From positions 10,005 through 74,004 of the forward strand of contig CAJXNI010000013.1 of the NCBI GenBank assembly GCA_913057235.1: a DNA stretch of 64,000 nt, given 5' to 3'. Source of the DNA: an uncultured Bacteroidota bacterium. Its GTDB lineage: Bacteria > Bacteroidota > Bacteroidia > Flavobacteriales > Schleiferiaceae. Shown piece after piece: positions 18,092-27,948 of this stretch. Numbering within the stretch: position 1 is the stretch's first letter; every line of letters starts with the position of its first letter. The notes beneath the pieces were generated by a model. It made no database searches and was not told where the DNA came from. It saw nothing but the letters and a program-made list of their open reading frames with translations. A program made the translations under genes and the position numbers.

Positions 18092-18346
18092 ATGAGACTA
18101 CCTATAATAAAACACACGCTAGAATTTATTGAAGCCAACGATGAAGATTGGGTGAATGAAACCATAGAACTCTTAGAGCACATGGCAGATGCCAAGGGCA
18201 TTAAAGACGAAGAACTAGAAGTTATTGGCGAACTGCTCAGCAACTTTTACGGTGCCTTAGAAGTGCAGAAAGCCGTAAAGGACGGGAAGTCCCGCAAAGA
18301 TGCCATGAATGAATTCATGCAACGCGTGATGGGCAGCATCAATTAA
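18092..18346 (+). CDS. Small acidic hypothetical protein (84 aa)
   Basis: Clean ORF that ends just before a strong hairpin terminator. I recognised no motif. Confidence 0.5.
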   Translation: MRLPIIKHTLEFIEANDEDWVNETIELLEHMADAKGIKDEELEVIGELLSNFYGALEVQKAVKDGKSRKDAMNEFMQRVMGSIN

Positions 18347-18370
18347 TTTGGGGGGATACCCCACAAAAAA

Positions 18371-18394
18371 AGAGGTCGCCTTTGGGCGACCTCT
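18371..18394. terminator. Bidirectional rho-independent terminator between convergent genes
   Basis: agaggtcgcc / tttg / ggcgacctct forms a 10-bp stem with an A-run upstream and a T-rich stretch downstream. It lies between the stops at 18346 (+) and 18418 (-). Confidence 0.8.
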
Positions 18395-18417
18395 CTTATC
18401 ATCAAACCACACTTCAA

Positions 18418-19434
18418 TTATTGTGCAAACACACCTAAAATCACATAGGTGGTTGGATCTACAGTAGTTATAGGCTGTAGCGGATCATGCACTACAAAAA
18501 AGGCGTCATAATTAGTAGTCAGCTCTCCATACGAAAGCGTTGAAGTTTGCGCTACATGCACGCTACCTCCATTACCCATGGCCATTTTTACCATTACATT
18601 GGCATTAGGCGTTTCATCATAAGGCGTGCCATTAGGCGTAGTATTTGGGTCTGCCTGATCATGAGAATGAACCATATAAGTTTCACCGGCAATGGTATTG
18701 CTTAATACCACACTAACACGTGCTTCATTATTGGCTAACTCTTTTACCGTTAGCTCAGCGGTTAAATCATTAGGGTGGCTGCCGTTGTACGCAAAACCTG
18801 GGTCAACCTGCCCGGTATTGAAATTGTAAGTATACGTTTCAGACTGGTAACTAGCCGGGGTACCTTGATCTCTTGCAAAAGAACCTACAATCAGATAGGT
18901 GGAAATATCAGCGGTATTAACCGGCTGTAAGGGATCATGCACCACAAAAAAGCCTGCATAGTCATTTACTATGTCTGAGTAGGAGAAGCCATTGGTGGTG
19001 TAGGTCATGCTAGCGGTGCCACCATTGCCTTCAATCATCATCACTAATACATCATTATTAGGCGTTTCATTGTAAGGAGTTCCGTTAGGAGTAGTGCTAG
19101 GATCAGCTGCATCATGAGCGTGTACCGGATACATTTGACCGTCTATGGTGTTGGTCAAGGTCACCGTAATTTCTGCATTCGCACCGTCTTCCACCACTTC
19201 TAAATCTGCGGTTAGATTGTCCATGTGGTTGCCGTTGTAAGCGGTCCCTGCACCCACTTCACCATTGTTAAAGGCGTAATTAAAAGTGCTCATTTCCGTG
19301 GATCCGTTTCCACCATTGTTGTTGTTATCATCTTCCTCTTCGCAGGAGGTGGTTGAAAACATTAAGGCTGGAATGGCTAGCGCCATCATCCATTTTTTTC
19401 CGTTCATTAAATTCATGCGTTTCATTTTAGTCAT
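18418..19434 (-). CDS. Predicted surface-exposed lipoprotein with two tandem ~135-aa repeat domains of unknown function
   Basis: The likely true start is MTKMKRMNLMNGKKWMMALAIPALMFSTTSC (lipobox Cys) followed by EEEDDNNNN. There are two paralogous halves (...MYPVHAHDAADPSTTPNGTPYNETP...FFVVHDPLQP... and ...TYMVHSHDQADPNTTPNGTPYDETP...FFVVHDPLQP...). The first 53 codons of the track ORF (to 19593) look like a spurious extension. Confidence 0.75.
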   Translation of the reverse strand: MTKMKRMNLMNGKKWMMALAIPALMFSTTSCEEEDDNNNNGGNGSTEMSTFNYAFNNGEVGAGTAYNGNHMDNLTADLEVVEDGANAEITVTLTNTIDGQMYPVHAHDAADPSTTPNGTPYNETPNNDVLVMMIEGNGGTASMTYTTNGFSYSDIVNDYAGFFVVHDPLQPVNTADISTYLIVGSFARDQGTPASYQSETYTYNFNTGQVDPGFAYNGSHPNDLTAELTVKELANNEARVSVVLSNTIAGETYMVHSHDQADPNTTPNGTPYDETPNANVMVKMAMGNGGSVHVAQTSTLSYGELTTNYDAFFVVHDPLQPITTVDPTTYVILGVFAQ

Positions 19435-19609
19435 TTTTATTTGTTTGACACCATGTACGCAACGTAATGAGATGTGGATTGTGCGAAGTATGAAATATTT
19501 CTGGAAAAAAGGGTCAAAACCCAGGCCTAGGTCTTGCAGACAACTGGTATACTGTAATTTACATTGATTTAGAAATTTTGAATTTTTCTCCAACCAGAAC
19601 CCAAAAAAA

Positions 19610-19630
19610 GGGGATTACTGTCTAATCCCC
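19610..19630 (-). terminator. Rho-independent terminator after the 19640..24082 gene
   Basis: ggggatta / ctgtc / taatcccc stem-loop with A7 on one side and T7 on the other, 10 nt below the stop at 19640. Confidence 0.75.
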
Positions 19631-19639
19631 TTTTTTTGA

Positions 19640-22600
19640 CTAGTCTTCTGCGGCTGCATCTTCAAATTTGTCAAAACGCCTCACAAACCGATTCATTTTT
19701 CCTTTGGTGCTTATGGTATAGGTGAAAGGCGGTTTGCCTCTTTCTTCATTACGCCTGTCGTCTAGGTCCATTTCCTTAATCAGCGTCATCAGTTGTTCGT
19801 CACTGCTGTAGATTCCCATAATATTTCGCTTGTACTCAATGTAAATAAAGGTGGTGCGGTCAATGTCTAATATCATGTAAATCTCGTCTCCCCTACGCTT
19901 GCGCTGAATTTCAAAAATCCCTTTTACTTTGGTGTTCACCAAATCATCCCCAAAAGCGGTAATGCCTATGGTTTCTTCTGAAAGAAAAGAACGTGACTCA
20001 GGTGTCCAGTTCATGGTGGCTTTGCCAAACAAGATGGTGTTTTGCAGCTCTTTGGGGAGCTTTTCTGGAGCGCCATAATTCTCTATGGCGCTGTAAAAGT
20101 CATCGCGCTCATCAGCCGGAAGGCTCTGATTTACATAGGTTTTAAAGGGGTTGGCGGCCAGGTTTACACCCTCCCCACTGCCATAATCATACACCAATTG
20201 CGCCATGCGTTCCTGAATCTTATCACTGAAGTGAAAGTTCAAGCCCATCACAATATCCAGCTTCATTTCATCGGTTTCCAAATCATATACTATGGTGCCG
20301 TAGCTGCTAATTTCCATCTGGCTTTGGCCATCTCCCAGGCTCATCGCCCCCTCTCCATACATGGTACAGTCTAAGTTATTGAGGCGTAAATAATTATCCG
20401 GAGCATTTTTATTCTGAATGCGCTCTTTGGTAGTAATCACATAGCCGCTCTCCCCCTCATCATAGTAGAGCACCCCATTGGCAAAAAACATTTGTTTATC
20501 GGCTGGTGAGACCTCTTGGGAGAGAAAAGCGGCATAGCCGCTCACCGTATCAGCGGCCAGGAAAATTCCGTTGGCCAGAGTTTTGGTTTTGTCTTCAGGG
20601 TCAATTTCTGGCAGTTCAATTAAAATGTTATTGGGGTCTATGAGACTTTTAAAATTGAACCAGTTGGTGCTTATAGCTTCGCAATCACTTTCAATGTGGG
20701 TGTACCCTCTAAAAAATAGCTCTTTACGGTTGGCTTTAAAGCGCACGTTGCCGTAGTAGGCAAAGTAAGGGCTTAGGTAAAAGCCATCTTCTTTTTTAAG
20801 CTGCGCAAAACCAACGGTAGTGCCCGTATCTACTTTGATTTCCTTGAAGAAAATAGGCCAGGGCGTTCCATCCTGATCCAGGTATTCGTAATCGGCTGAG
20901 CCGGTAAAGCTATTGGCGCCCTGGATGTTTAGGTTACCCCCGTAAAATTCATGGTAGCGGTTTTCTACACTAGCCGTAATGCTGGCGTTTTTAAGGGTGC
21001 GCATGCGGGCTGCGGTGTCAATGGCCACGTAGCCCGTATCGGGAAATAGCAGGGCATCGGCCACGGGGATTTCCGGAATTTGAAAGCCTTCCAAAAGGTC
21101 GCTTTCCAAGTAAAACTTGGCGTATTCTGCGTTAAAGCGCAGCGAATCTTGTTCGGGTTTAACCGATACCATTTCCGAAAGGGCCGCTCCCCCGCCTTGC
21201 TTTTTCACGTTAAATGATTTCTGGGGAATGTTCCATTGGGCATAGTCCATGTAGCAGATGTACTGATTCGCCAAAAAGCTGAAGTAATCGGCAGGGTCTA
21301 AAAGCTCAAAGAATCCTTTCTCCCGATCAAAGTCTACCTCACCCTGGGCGCGATCAATGCCAAAGCCCCATCCGGCATTTTCATTGGCTCTTACCCTAAA
21401 AGCCAATTCAGGCGCATTAAATTTTTGGTGGTTGAAGGTGTAATCTTTAGAGCGGGTTTCGGCATTTAAAAATTCCATCAGGCCCCGACCTTTTAAACCG
21501 CTGGGTGAATGGGCCAGCGTGCCGGTGCCGCGCATGCCAATAGCATCATACATGGCAAAGGGCGTTTGCTGGCTGGTGGTGTACAGCACATCGTTGTAGG
21601 GCTCCCAATGCAGTTTTACGCCATAGTTGGTAACGTGCGGATTACTGGCCCCTCCGGTTTTCTCATCAATCTCATAATTGGCGGCAATACCGTTGGTACT
21701 ATCCGGAAAGAAGAAAAACTCATCTGAGGTGGCGTAAGAGTTGAGATAATCTATACGGCCATTGCCCCGCAAACCTTGGTTGCTCAACTGCAGCGTACTG
21801 GTAAACTTACCCTTGCCCCCGTAAGCGCTGAGGCCGCTGGGTGGGGTTTCGGTGGTAAAGCCCAGGGAGTAATCTGGCTGCACTGAAATGGTTTGGTTCA
21901 GATCTGGGAAAATGTTGGCACTGGTAAAGGTCCCGTCAAAAGTTAAGCCGCTGGTACTGGTATTATCCAAACTGTCTATTTCAAAAGGTTCCAGGCGTAC
22001 AAAGAATTCTTCGCGGTTGTACACGCCCGAGAATATGGAGGGTTTGTCGTAATAAATATAGCTGTCTTTAGCACTTCTAAAAATGGGGTACTCAGAGTAC
22101 ACCACTTTACCCGATTTGTTATTGGGTTTGTCAATGAGCAGCTCTCCCGTAAGGTCTTGCAATACCGTTTTACACGACACCAAATATTTCTGGCCCAGGC
22201 TGTTAGGCTCAAAGCTCAGAACCTTAAAACGCATGGAGTCAATGTCGGTCATGGCAATCATAAACTCATCATAGCTGAATTTAAACTCATGCCCCCAATA
22301 ATTGAAACGCCCTGCAGCTATGCGGCCGTTAAAGTCAAAATCCAGGCCTTGGTGCATGGTAATGGTTTTGCCGTAAGGAAAGAGCCCCACTTTCTGGGAG
22401 TCACTCAAGGCGATGGCCTCAATGCCCTCAACATCCATGGCAAAATCCTCTAAACTCATTTGAGCGTTGTTCCCTTCCTCAACCCTGGAAACAAACTGAA
22501 TCACATCAAAATCACGCACTTTTTTAATGTTGAGAAAGTAGTTGAAGATTTTGTCTTTCAACACGGCCTGACGTTTGTCTACGCTGTAATCTACAAATCC

Positions 22601-24082
22601 GGCAATAGCCATATTCATTAAAAAAATATGGGCGTTGCTCTCATCCATGCGCATGTGGCGCGCCACTTCCTGGGTTGTGAACTCACGGCTGTTGCCATAG
22701 GCCTCTGAGAGGTCTTTTAAATGCAAAATGGGGTTACGGGTGTTCATGCCCTGTATTTGATCAAAACGGGCCTCCCTAAAATAATTTTTACTTTCAAAGA
22801 CCACCGGCTTTTGCCCTCCGCCAATATTCAGGTTGCCCATGTCTAAAAGCGGGCTGCCTATTTTCCAATTGAGCACATCAAAAATCATATCAATGTTGTG
22901 GTATGAATTGGTAAAAGGGGCTGAGCCCATGCCTTCTTCTTTACGAATAAGACTGAACTGCGAACGCTCTGGCAGATAGCGTAAGGTGAGCTTGGGATGG
23001 TAAATGCTATCATTTTTAAGGTAGAGCACCGTTTCCACTTCCTCGGAGAACACTTTATCTGTGCTCAGCAAAAAACGGTCACTGCGGGCTTTAATGAACA
23101 GTGTGTCTTTGTATTTGAACTCTAAAGTGGCCTTGCCATCTTGCCCGCCTGTGCCGTAAAAGCGAGAGCCTACCACTGAAAAGCCGCCTAAAAAGCTGGC
23201 GTCTGGCAAAAAGATGTTCACCCTTAAATCATTCCGATAAGAGCGAAAACGAGGAAATACAGCATCATCGGCTTCACCACTTTGGCTGGTAAGCTTTTCA
23301 GAGTACTCGCCTACAACAGGCTCATCAAAGTACTCAGGTGCAAACATGGTGGCAGAGTCGGCTGAAAAATCGGCTTTGGTTACATCAATTTGGTAGGCTT
23401 GCAGCTCAACCCTTGCGCTGTCTACTGAAAGGCCTGCCCGCGTAAAATAAGTGTTGCCACCCTGCCCTTTAACCTGATACTTCCGCGGAACATAGCTAAG
23501 GTTAGTAAGCTCAATTAGGGTGCTATCATTTTTAAAGTGCCCCCACAAATCCACTTCCTTAAATGTGAAAGTAGGTGTGCCGTTAAAGCTATACTCTGGC
23601 TCCAGCCCAATAACTTCCCAGCTTTGGCGGCCATCATCAAACAAAATATTTTTATACAACAACTGGTGCACAGTTGCTAAGTATTGTTCGCTTTCGCGCG
23701 ATGGCCTTCTGCTAAGATCATGCAGGTCTTTTAAGAAAGGCAGTGTGGCCTCTTCCTTTTGATTTAACTCAAAATGCTGAATGATTTCAAAAAACCGCTT
23801 CCAGGTGGCAAAATCGGTGATGCGTTTTCTGCTGTAGTTATTGCTGATATTATATACCCACTTCGCCTCCTCATCGGTAAAAGTAGGAACGTTCCAAACT
23901 TGGGCAAAGCTGTTGATCATGGGCATTAGCTCCTCTTCTTCATCCAGCTTGTTTTCATCGTCAAGGTATTCTTTCAGCTCTTTCAAATACGCCTCTTTAT
24001 TGGGGGTAAACTTTCGCAGGCCCTGCCCAAAGCACTGACCAATTGCCAGCCCCAAAAGAATTATGAGTGCCTTAATTTTCAT
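19640..24082 (-). CDS. Very large (1480 aa) secreted protein of unknown function
   Basis: Signal peptide MKIKALIILLGLAIGQCFGQ and an uninterrupted ORF. It has no T9SS tail and no motif I recognise. It sits 25 nt downstream of prmA on the same strand. Confidence 0.7.
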   Translation of the reverse strand: MKIKALIILLGLAIGQCFGQGLRKFTPNKEAYLKELKEYLDDENKLDEEEELMPMINSFAQVWNVPTFTDEEAKWVYNISNNYSRKRITDFATWKRFFEIIQHFELNQKEEATLPFLKDLHDLSRRPSRESEQYLATVHQLLYKNILFDDGRQSWEVIGLEPEYSFNGTPTFTFKEVDLWGHFKNDSTLIELTNLSYVPRKYQVKGQGGNTYFTRAGLSVDSARVELQAYQIDVTKADFSADSATMFAPEYFDEPVVGEYSEKLTSQSGEADDAVFPRFRSYRNDLRVNIFLPDASFLGGFSVVGSRFYGTGGQDGKATLEFKYKDTLFIKARSDRFLLSTDKVFSEEVETVLYLKNDSIYHPKLTLRYLPERSQFSLIRKEEGMGSAPFTNSYHNIDMIFDVLNWKIGSPLLDMGNLNIGGGQKPVVFESKNYFREARFDQIQGMNTRNPILHLKDLSEAYGNSREFTTQEVARHMRMDESNAHIFLMNMAIAGFVDYSVDKRQAVLKDKIFNYFLNIKKVRDFDVIQFVSRVEEGNNAQMSLEDFAMDVEGIEAIALSDSQKVGLFPYGKTITMHQGLDFDFNGRIAAGRFNYWGHEFKFSYDEFMIAMTDIDSMRFKVLSFEPNSLGQKYLVSCKTVLQDLTGELLIDKPNNKSGKVVYSEYPIFRSAKDSYIYYDKPSIFSGVYNREEFFVRLEPFEIDSLDNTSTSGLTFDGTFTSANIFPDLNQTISVQPDYSLGFTTETPPSGLSAYGGKGKFTSTLQLSNQGLRGNGRIDYLNSYATSDEFFFFPDSTNGIAANYEIDEKTGGASNPHVTNYGVKLHWEPYNDVLYTTSQQTPFAMYDAIGMRGTGTLAHSPSGLKGRGLMEFLNAETRSKDYTFNHQKFNAPELAFRVRANENAGWGFGIDRAQGEVDFDREKGFFELLDPADYFSFLANQYICYMDYAQWNIPQKSFNVKKQGGGAALSEMVSVKPEQDSLRFNAEYAKFYLESDLLEGFQIPEIPVADALLFPDTGYVAIDTAARMRTLKNASITASVENRYHEFYGGNLNIQGANSFTGSADYEYLDQDGTPWPIFFKEIKVDTGTTVGFAQLKKEDGFYLSPYFAYYGNVRFKANRKELFFRGYTHIESDCEAISTNWFNFKSLIDPNNILIELPEIDPEDKTKTLANGIFLAADTVSGYAAFLSQEVSPADKQMFFANGVLYYDEGESGYVITTKERIQNKNAPDNYLRLNNLDCTMYGEGAMSLGDGQSQMEISSYGTIVYDLETDEMKLDIVMGLNFHFSDKIQERMAQLVYDYGSGEGVNLAANPFKTYVNQSLPADERDDFYSAIENYGAPEKLPKELQNTILFGKATMNWTPESRSFLSEETIGITAFGDDLVNTKVKGIFEIQRKRRGDEIYMILDIDRTTFIYIEYKRNIMGIYSSDEQLMTLIKEMDLDDRRNEERGKPPFTYTISTKGKMNRFVRRFDKFEDAAAED

Positions 24083-24107
24083 GTGGAATAGTTTTTTTGC
24101 CGTTGCC

Positions 24108-24944
24108 CTACTTTTTTAGGTACAGGCAGCAAAGCCAATTTTCTAACTCAAGCTTTTTCTGCAAGCTAAATCCTAAACGCTCTGCCCTGATATTAATTTT
24201 ATCAAAGTCTTTGGTTAGAAAACCACTCATTACCAAAACCCCACCTGTACAAAGCGTTTCTGCGTAAGCTGGCATGTCTTCAAGCAATACGTTGCGGTTA
24301 ATATTGGCCAGAACGGCATCAAAAAGCAAATCCTTTAGGTTAGCGGCATCCCCTAATTGAGCCTTTACTTTTTGACAATTATTGCGCTGTGCATTTTCAG
24401 CCGTGTTTTCAGCTGCCCACTCAAAATTATCAATGGCCAAAACCTCCCTTGCTCCCAGCTTTTCGGCTAAAATGGCCAGTACTCCTGTACCGGTACCCAT
24501 GTCTAAAACCTTTAAGTCTTGCCAGTTTTCCTGAAACATGAGGGTGGTCATTAGGCGGGTAGTCTGATGATGGCCCGTACCAAAAGACATTTTGGGCTCA
24601 ATTTCAATCTCCATTTTAAAGCCCTCTTTTTGCGGGTGAAAAGGCGCCCTGATGTGCAAGAGGTCTTCAACCACTACGGGTTGGTAATGGCGCTCCCACT
24701 CTTCATTCCAGTTAATGGTGCTGAGCGCTTCGGTGTGATACGACCAGGTGATGCCCGTCTGCTGCAAGAAAGGTAGTTCTTCCAATTGCCGGGCATTAAA
24801 GCTATGCTTAAGAATGTAGGCTTTCAGGCCTTCTTCAGTTTCTTCAAAAGAGTCATAACCCAGATTATCTAAAAGCGCAATCAAAATTTCGCGGTTGGGC
24901 TCCACTGGGCTCAGTTTGATATGCACTACCAGAAAATCTTCCAT
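24108..24944 (-). CDS. prmA: Ribosomal protein L11 methyltransferase
   Basis: FGTGHHQTTRLM and VLDMGTGTGVLAI (SAM-binding motif), with a typical length of 278 aa. The start shares one nt with the tpiA stop (TAATG). Confidence 0.88.
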   Translation of the reverse strand: MEDFLVVHIKLSPVEPNREILIALLDNLGYDSFEETEEGLKAYILKHSFNARQLEELPFLQQTGITWSYHTEALSTINWNEEWERHYQPVVVEDLLHIRAPFHPQKEGFKMEIEIEPKMSFGTGHHQTTRLMTTLMFQENWQDLKVLDMGTGTGVLAILAEKLGAREVLAIDNFEWAAENTAENAQRNNCQKVKAQLGDAANLKDLLFDAVLANINRNVLLEDMPAYAETLCTGGVLVMSGFLTKDFDKINIRAERLGFSLQKKLELENWLCCLYLKK

Positions 24945-25714
24945 TAGAGTACTGCTTCGCCAATTTTTATAAGCTCAATAAAGGTATCGGCTTGCAGGGA
25001 AGCACCCCCAATTAAGCCTCCATCCACATCGGGTTGGCCAAAAAGCTCTTCGGCATTAGCCGGCTTTACCGAGCCACCGTAAAGCACACTAATTTCATCG
25101 GCCAAAGTAGCATTGTGTTGTTGCGCAATAAAGCTGCGAATATGGGCGTGCATTTCCTGCGCCTGCGCTCCGCTGGCCGTTTCACCCGTTCCAATAGCCC
25201 AAACCGGCTCATAGGCAATGACCAGATTCTCCAATTGAGCAGCATCATATTTGCCTAAAGCGCCTGAAATTTGGTCTTCTACCGTCTTAAAATGATGGCC
25301 GGCTTTGCGGTCTTCCAGGCTTTCACCTACGCAAAAAATAGGTAATAAATTGTTAGCCCAAGCCTGTTCTACTTTTGCACTCAACTGGGCGTGGGTTTCC
25401 TTAAAGTACTGTCTGCGCTCTGAGTGCCCAATTATTACCAGCTCGGCTCCAGCCGATTTTAACATGGCCGCGCTTACTTCACCCGTAAAGGCTCCGCTTT
25501 CCTGGGCACTACAATCTTGCCCGGCTATGGAGAGATGGGTGTTTTTGCTGATTTCTGCCGCCTGAGCAATATGAATAAAAGGCGGGGCAATTACTGTTTC
25601 TACATTTTTTGGCGCAATCTTTAGAAGATAGGCCTCTAGGGCCTGCACTACTTCCAACCCTTCCTTAAGGTTGTGATTCATTTTCCAGTTACCCGCTACT
25701 ATTTTTCTTGCCAT
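24944..25714 (-). CDS. tpiA: Triosephosphate isomerase
   Basis: AGNWKMN, IIGHSERR, AYEPVWAIGTG and VLYGGSV motifs. Confidence 0.95.
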   Translation of the reverse strand: MARKIVAGNWKMNHNLKEGLEVVQALEAYLLKIAPKNVETVIAPPFIHIAQAAEISKNTHLSIAGQDCSAQESGAFTGEVSAAMLKSAGAELVIIGHSERRQYFKETHAQLSAKVEQAWANNLLPIFCVGESLEDRKAGHHFKTVEDQISGALGKYDAAQLENLVIAYEPVWAIGTGETASGAQAQEMHAHIRSFIAQQHNATLADEISVLYGGSVKPANAEELFGQPDVDGGLIGGASLQADTFIELIKIGEAVL

Positions 25715-25731
25715 TTTTATTGTTTTTACTT

Positions 25732-26802
25732 TTAAACTCTTACCCGTGGATCTAGCCAGGCGTATAACAAATCAACCAAAAAATTGATAAGTACAAAGGT
25801 AAAGCCTATCACCAGCACGGCCCCCATGACCACCGGCAAATCCAACTGGTTCAAAGATTCAACAATTTGCTTTCCCAGGCCATTCCAGCCAAAAATATAT
25901 TCTACAAATACGGCTCCGGCCAGCATGCTGGCAAACCAACCGCTGGCTGCGGTTACCACCGGATTTAGAGCATTGCGTAGAGCATGTTGGTACACCACTT
26001 TTTTAAAGGATAAGCCTTTTGCCCGAGCTGTACGCACATAATCTTGTCCCATTTCTTCCAGTAAACTGCTGCGCGTAAGTTGGATAATTACGCCCAGTGG
26101 CCTTATGCCTAAAGTTACTGCGGGTAAGATTAAATTTTTCCAATTGATGTAAACCCCCTCCCCGTAGTCATCTACTTCGTATAAACTGCCGGTCATATTT
26201 AAACCTGTGTATTCTGCCCATAAAAAGCCAAATAGCCAGGCAATTAAAATGGCTGAGAAAAAAGAGGGTACAGACATGCCCAAAGTTCCTCCAACGGTAA
26301 TTAGGCGGTCTAGGAAACTACCCCGATTTAAAGCAGTAACCACGCCCAAAACCACGCCCAAAACCATAGCAATGAGTATAGAACTGATAGCCAATACGAT
26401 GGTGTTGGGCAAAGTTTCGGCAATAATTTGGGTCACGGGTTTGCCTTCACTTTTAAAGGATTGCCGCAAGTAGGGTCGTTTAAGTACGATTTGGCCATCG
26501 CCCAAAGAGGCTAATTTTTGGTAATGACTGTACTTCTTTAAAGCGGTAAAAGCATTTGGATCATTGCTGTGCCATGAAATTGGACTTAAATCATTGAGGT
26601 ACAGCAAATACTGCTGCCCAAGAGGCTTGTCAAAACCGTATTTTTTTTGCACTAAGGCCAGCTGCTCACTGTCTTCGCGCTGATCTAACATCATACGCGA
26701 AGGGTCTCCGGGCAGCAGGTTAAAAAGCAAAAATACTGCACTGGCTACGCCTAGCATTACCAGCAGACTGTATTGAATTTTATGAAAAAAATAGCGCAGC
26801 AA
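25732..26802 (-). CDS. ABC transporter permease, DppB/OppB-like
   Basis: YVRTARAKGLSFKKVVYQHALRNALNPVVT is the classic binding-protein-dependent permease (EAA-loop region) signature, with multiple TM helices. No cognate ATPase or binding protein is adjacent. Confidence 0.8.
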   Translation of the reverse strand: MLRYFFHKIQYSLLVMLGVASAVFLLFNLLPGDPSRMMLDQREDSEQLALVQKKYGFDKPLGQQYLLYLNDLSPISWHSNDPNAFTALKKYSHYQKLASLGDGQIVLKRPYLRQSFKSEGKPVTQIIAETLPNTIVLAISSILIAMVLGVVLGVVTALNRGSFLDRLITVGGTLGMSVPSFFSAILIAWLFGFLWAEYTGLNMTGSLYEVDDYGEGVYINWKNLILPAVTLGIRPLGVIIQLTRSSLLEEMGQDYVRTARAKGLSFKKVVYQHALRNALNPVVTAASGWFASMLAGAVFVEYIFGWNGLGKQIVESLNQLDLPVVMGAVLVIGFTFVLINFLVDLLYAWLDPRVRV

Positions 26803-27948
26803 TTAGAGGTAATTGGCCTTTACCTGCTCAAAACTGGGCAAGTCATTGTAATGCCATTTTTTAACCACTACGCCATGCTGCAATAGTACAATACCCGGAT
26901 TAGCCCTAATGATAGTCTTAAGAGCCGTTTCATCGGCCACGGCCACGGGGAAGTTAAAGTTCCAGGCCTCCTTCTTTTCTTGCACCACCTGCGAAAGTGA
27001 AGCACTGGCCCCCACTACGGGTAAATCCTGGCGCTGCACAGCCTGGGTAAAGCTATTCAGGCGCTCAAAAGCCTCTGCCTGGGTCTTCTCCATTTTGTAC
27101 ATCACTACTAAAAACACCACCGGTTCGGCCAAAACTTTCTCGGTTATTTCCTCATCATTGAGGGTAAGAATAAAATCATGAATAGGCGGCTCATAGCCTT
27201 CCTTTAACTTCACGGTTTCCGTTTTATCTGATTGAATTTCCCACTCTTTCTTTTTCCACCATTCTTCGGCTACGTAAGCCTCTGAACTCACTTTCATTTC
27301 TTCACCAGTTTGTTTATTGAGCAGGTAATAGATGGTGCCGTATTGGGTGGGTTCTTTGCCCAGCTCTTCGGCTGATTTTCGCCCTTCAATGATACTCTTC
27401 CCTTCGGCATAAGGCCGGAAATCTTTGATAGGAAGATGATTCAATACATGATTGGCCAGCACCACGCATCCTGCAAAAGAAAAGCCCAGTACAAACCACT
27501 GTGATAATTTTGAGAATAGGGGTTTTAAGTATTGCTGGTGGGTGAAAATTATCAAGATGAGCACCAACAAAATAACGTCTTTGCCAAAAGACTGCCAGGG
27601 CGTGAGCGGTATGGCATCTCCAAAGCATCCACAGTCGGTTACTTTGTTGAAATAAGCGCTGTAAAATGTGAGAAAGGTGAAAAACACAATCATGAGCAGG
27701 AGCAGCCAAACGGTAAGTTTGCGCATCATGCCAATTAAGAGGGCCACACCCAACAGCACTTCTAAGATGACAATAAACAGGGCAAGCTCCAGCGTAAAGG
27801 GCTGAAATACAGGTAGGTTTAAAACATCTTCGGCAAAATAGTCACTGAGCTTAAAGGCAAAGCCCATTGGGTCATTCAGCTTTATGAGGCCTGAGAAAAT
27901 AAATAGACCCCCCACTAGAATTCGAGAAATTTGTGTAATTAACTTCAT
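26803..27948 (-). CDS. DoxX/MauE-like membrane protein with a C-terminal thioredoxin-like domain (BT_3928-type)
   Basis: N-terminal ILVGGLFIFSGLIKLNDPMGFAFKL (DoxX-like), a TDCGCFGD motif in the membrane part, and a soluble C-terminal half. Confidence 0.65.
   Translation of the reverse strand: MKLITQISRILVGGLFIFSGLIKLNDPMGFAFKLSDYFAEDVLNLPVFQPFTLELALFIVILEVLLGVALLIGMMRKLTVWLLLLMIVFFTFLTFYSAYFNKVTDCGCFGDAIPLTPWQSFGKDVILLVLILIIFTHQQYLKPLFSKLSQWFVLGFSFAGCVVLANHVLNHLPIKDFRPYAEGKSIIEGRKSAEELGKEPTQYGTIYYLLNKQTGEEMKVSSEAYVAEEWWKKKEWEIQSDKTETVKLKEGYEPPIHDFILTLNDEEITEKVLAEPVVFLVVMYKMEKTQAEAFERLNSFTQAVQRQDLPVVGASASLSQVVQEKKEAWNFNFPVAVADETALKTIIRANPGIVLLQHGVVVKKWHYNDLPSFEQVKANYL

Noticed and set aside
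19435-19593. 53-codon N-terminal extension of the lipoprotein ORF (MEKNSKFLNQ...)
   Set aside because: A signal peptide plus lipobox starts at the internal MTKMKRM..., and the extension would bury it. The upstream part is more likely 5' UTR or promoter.
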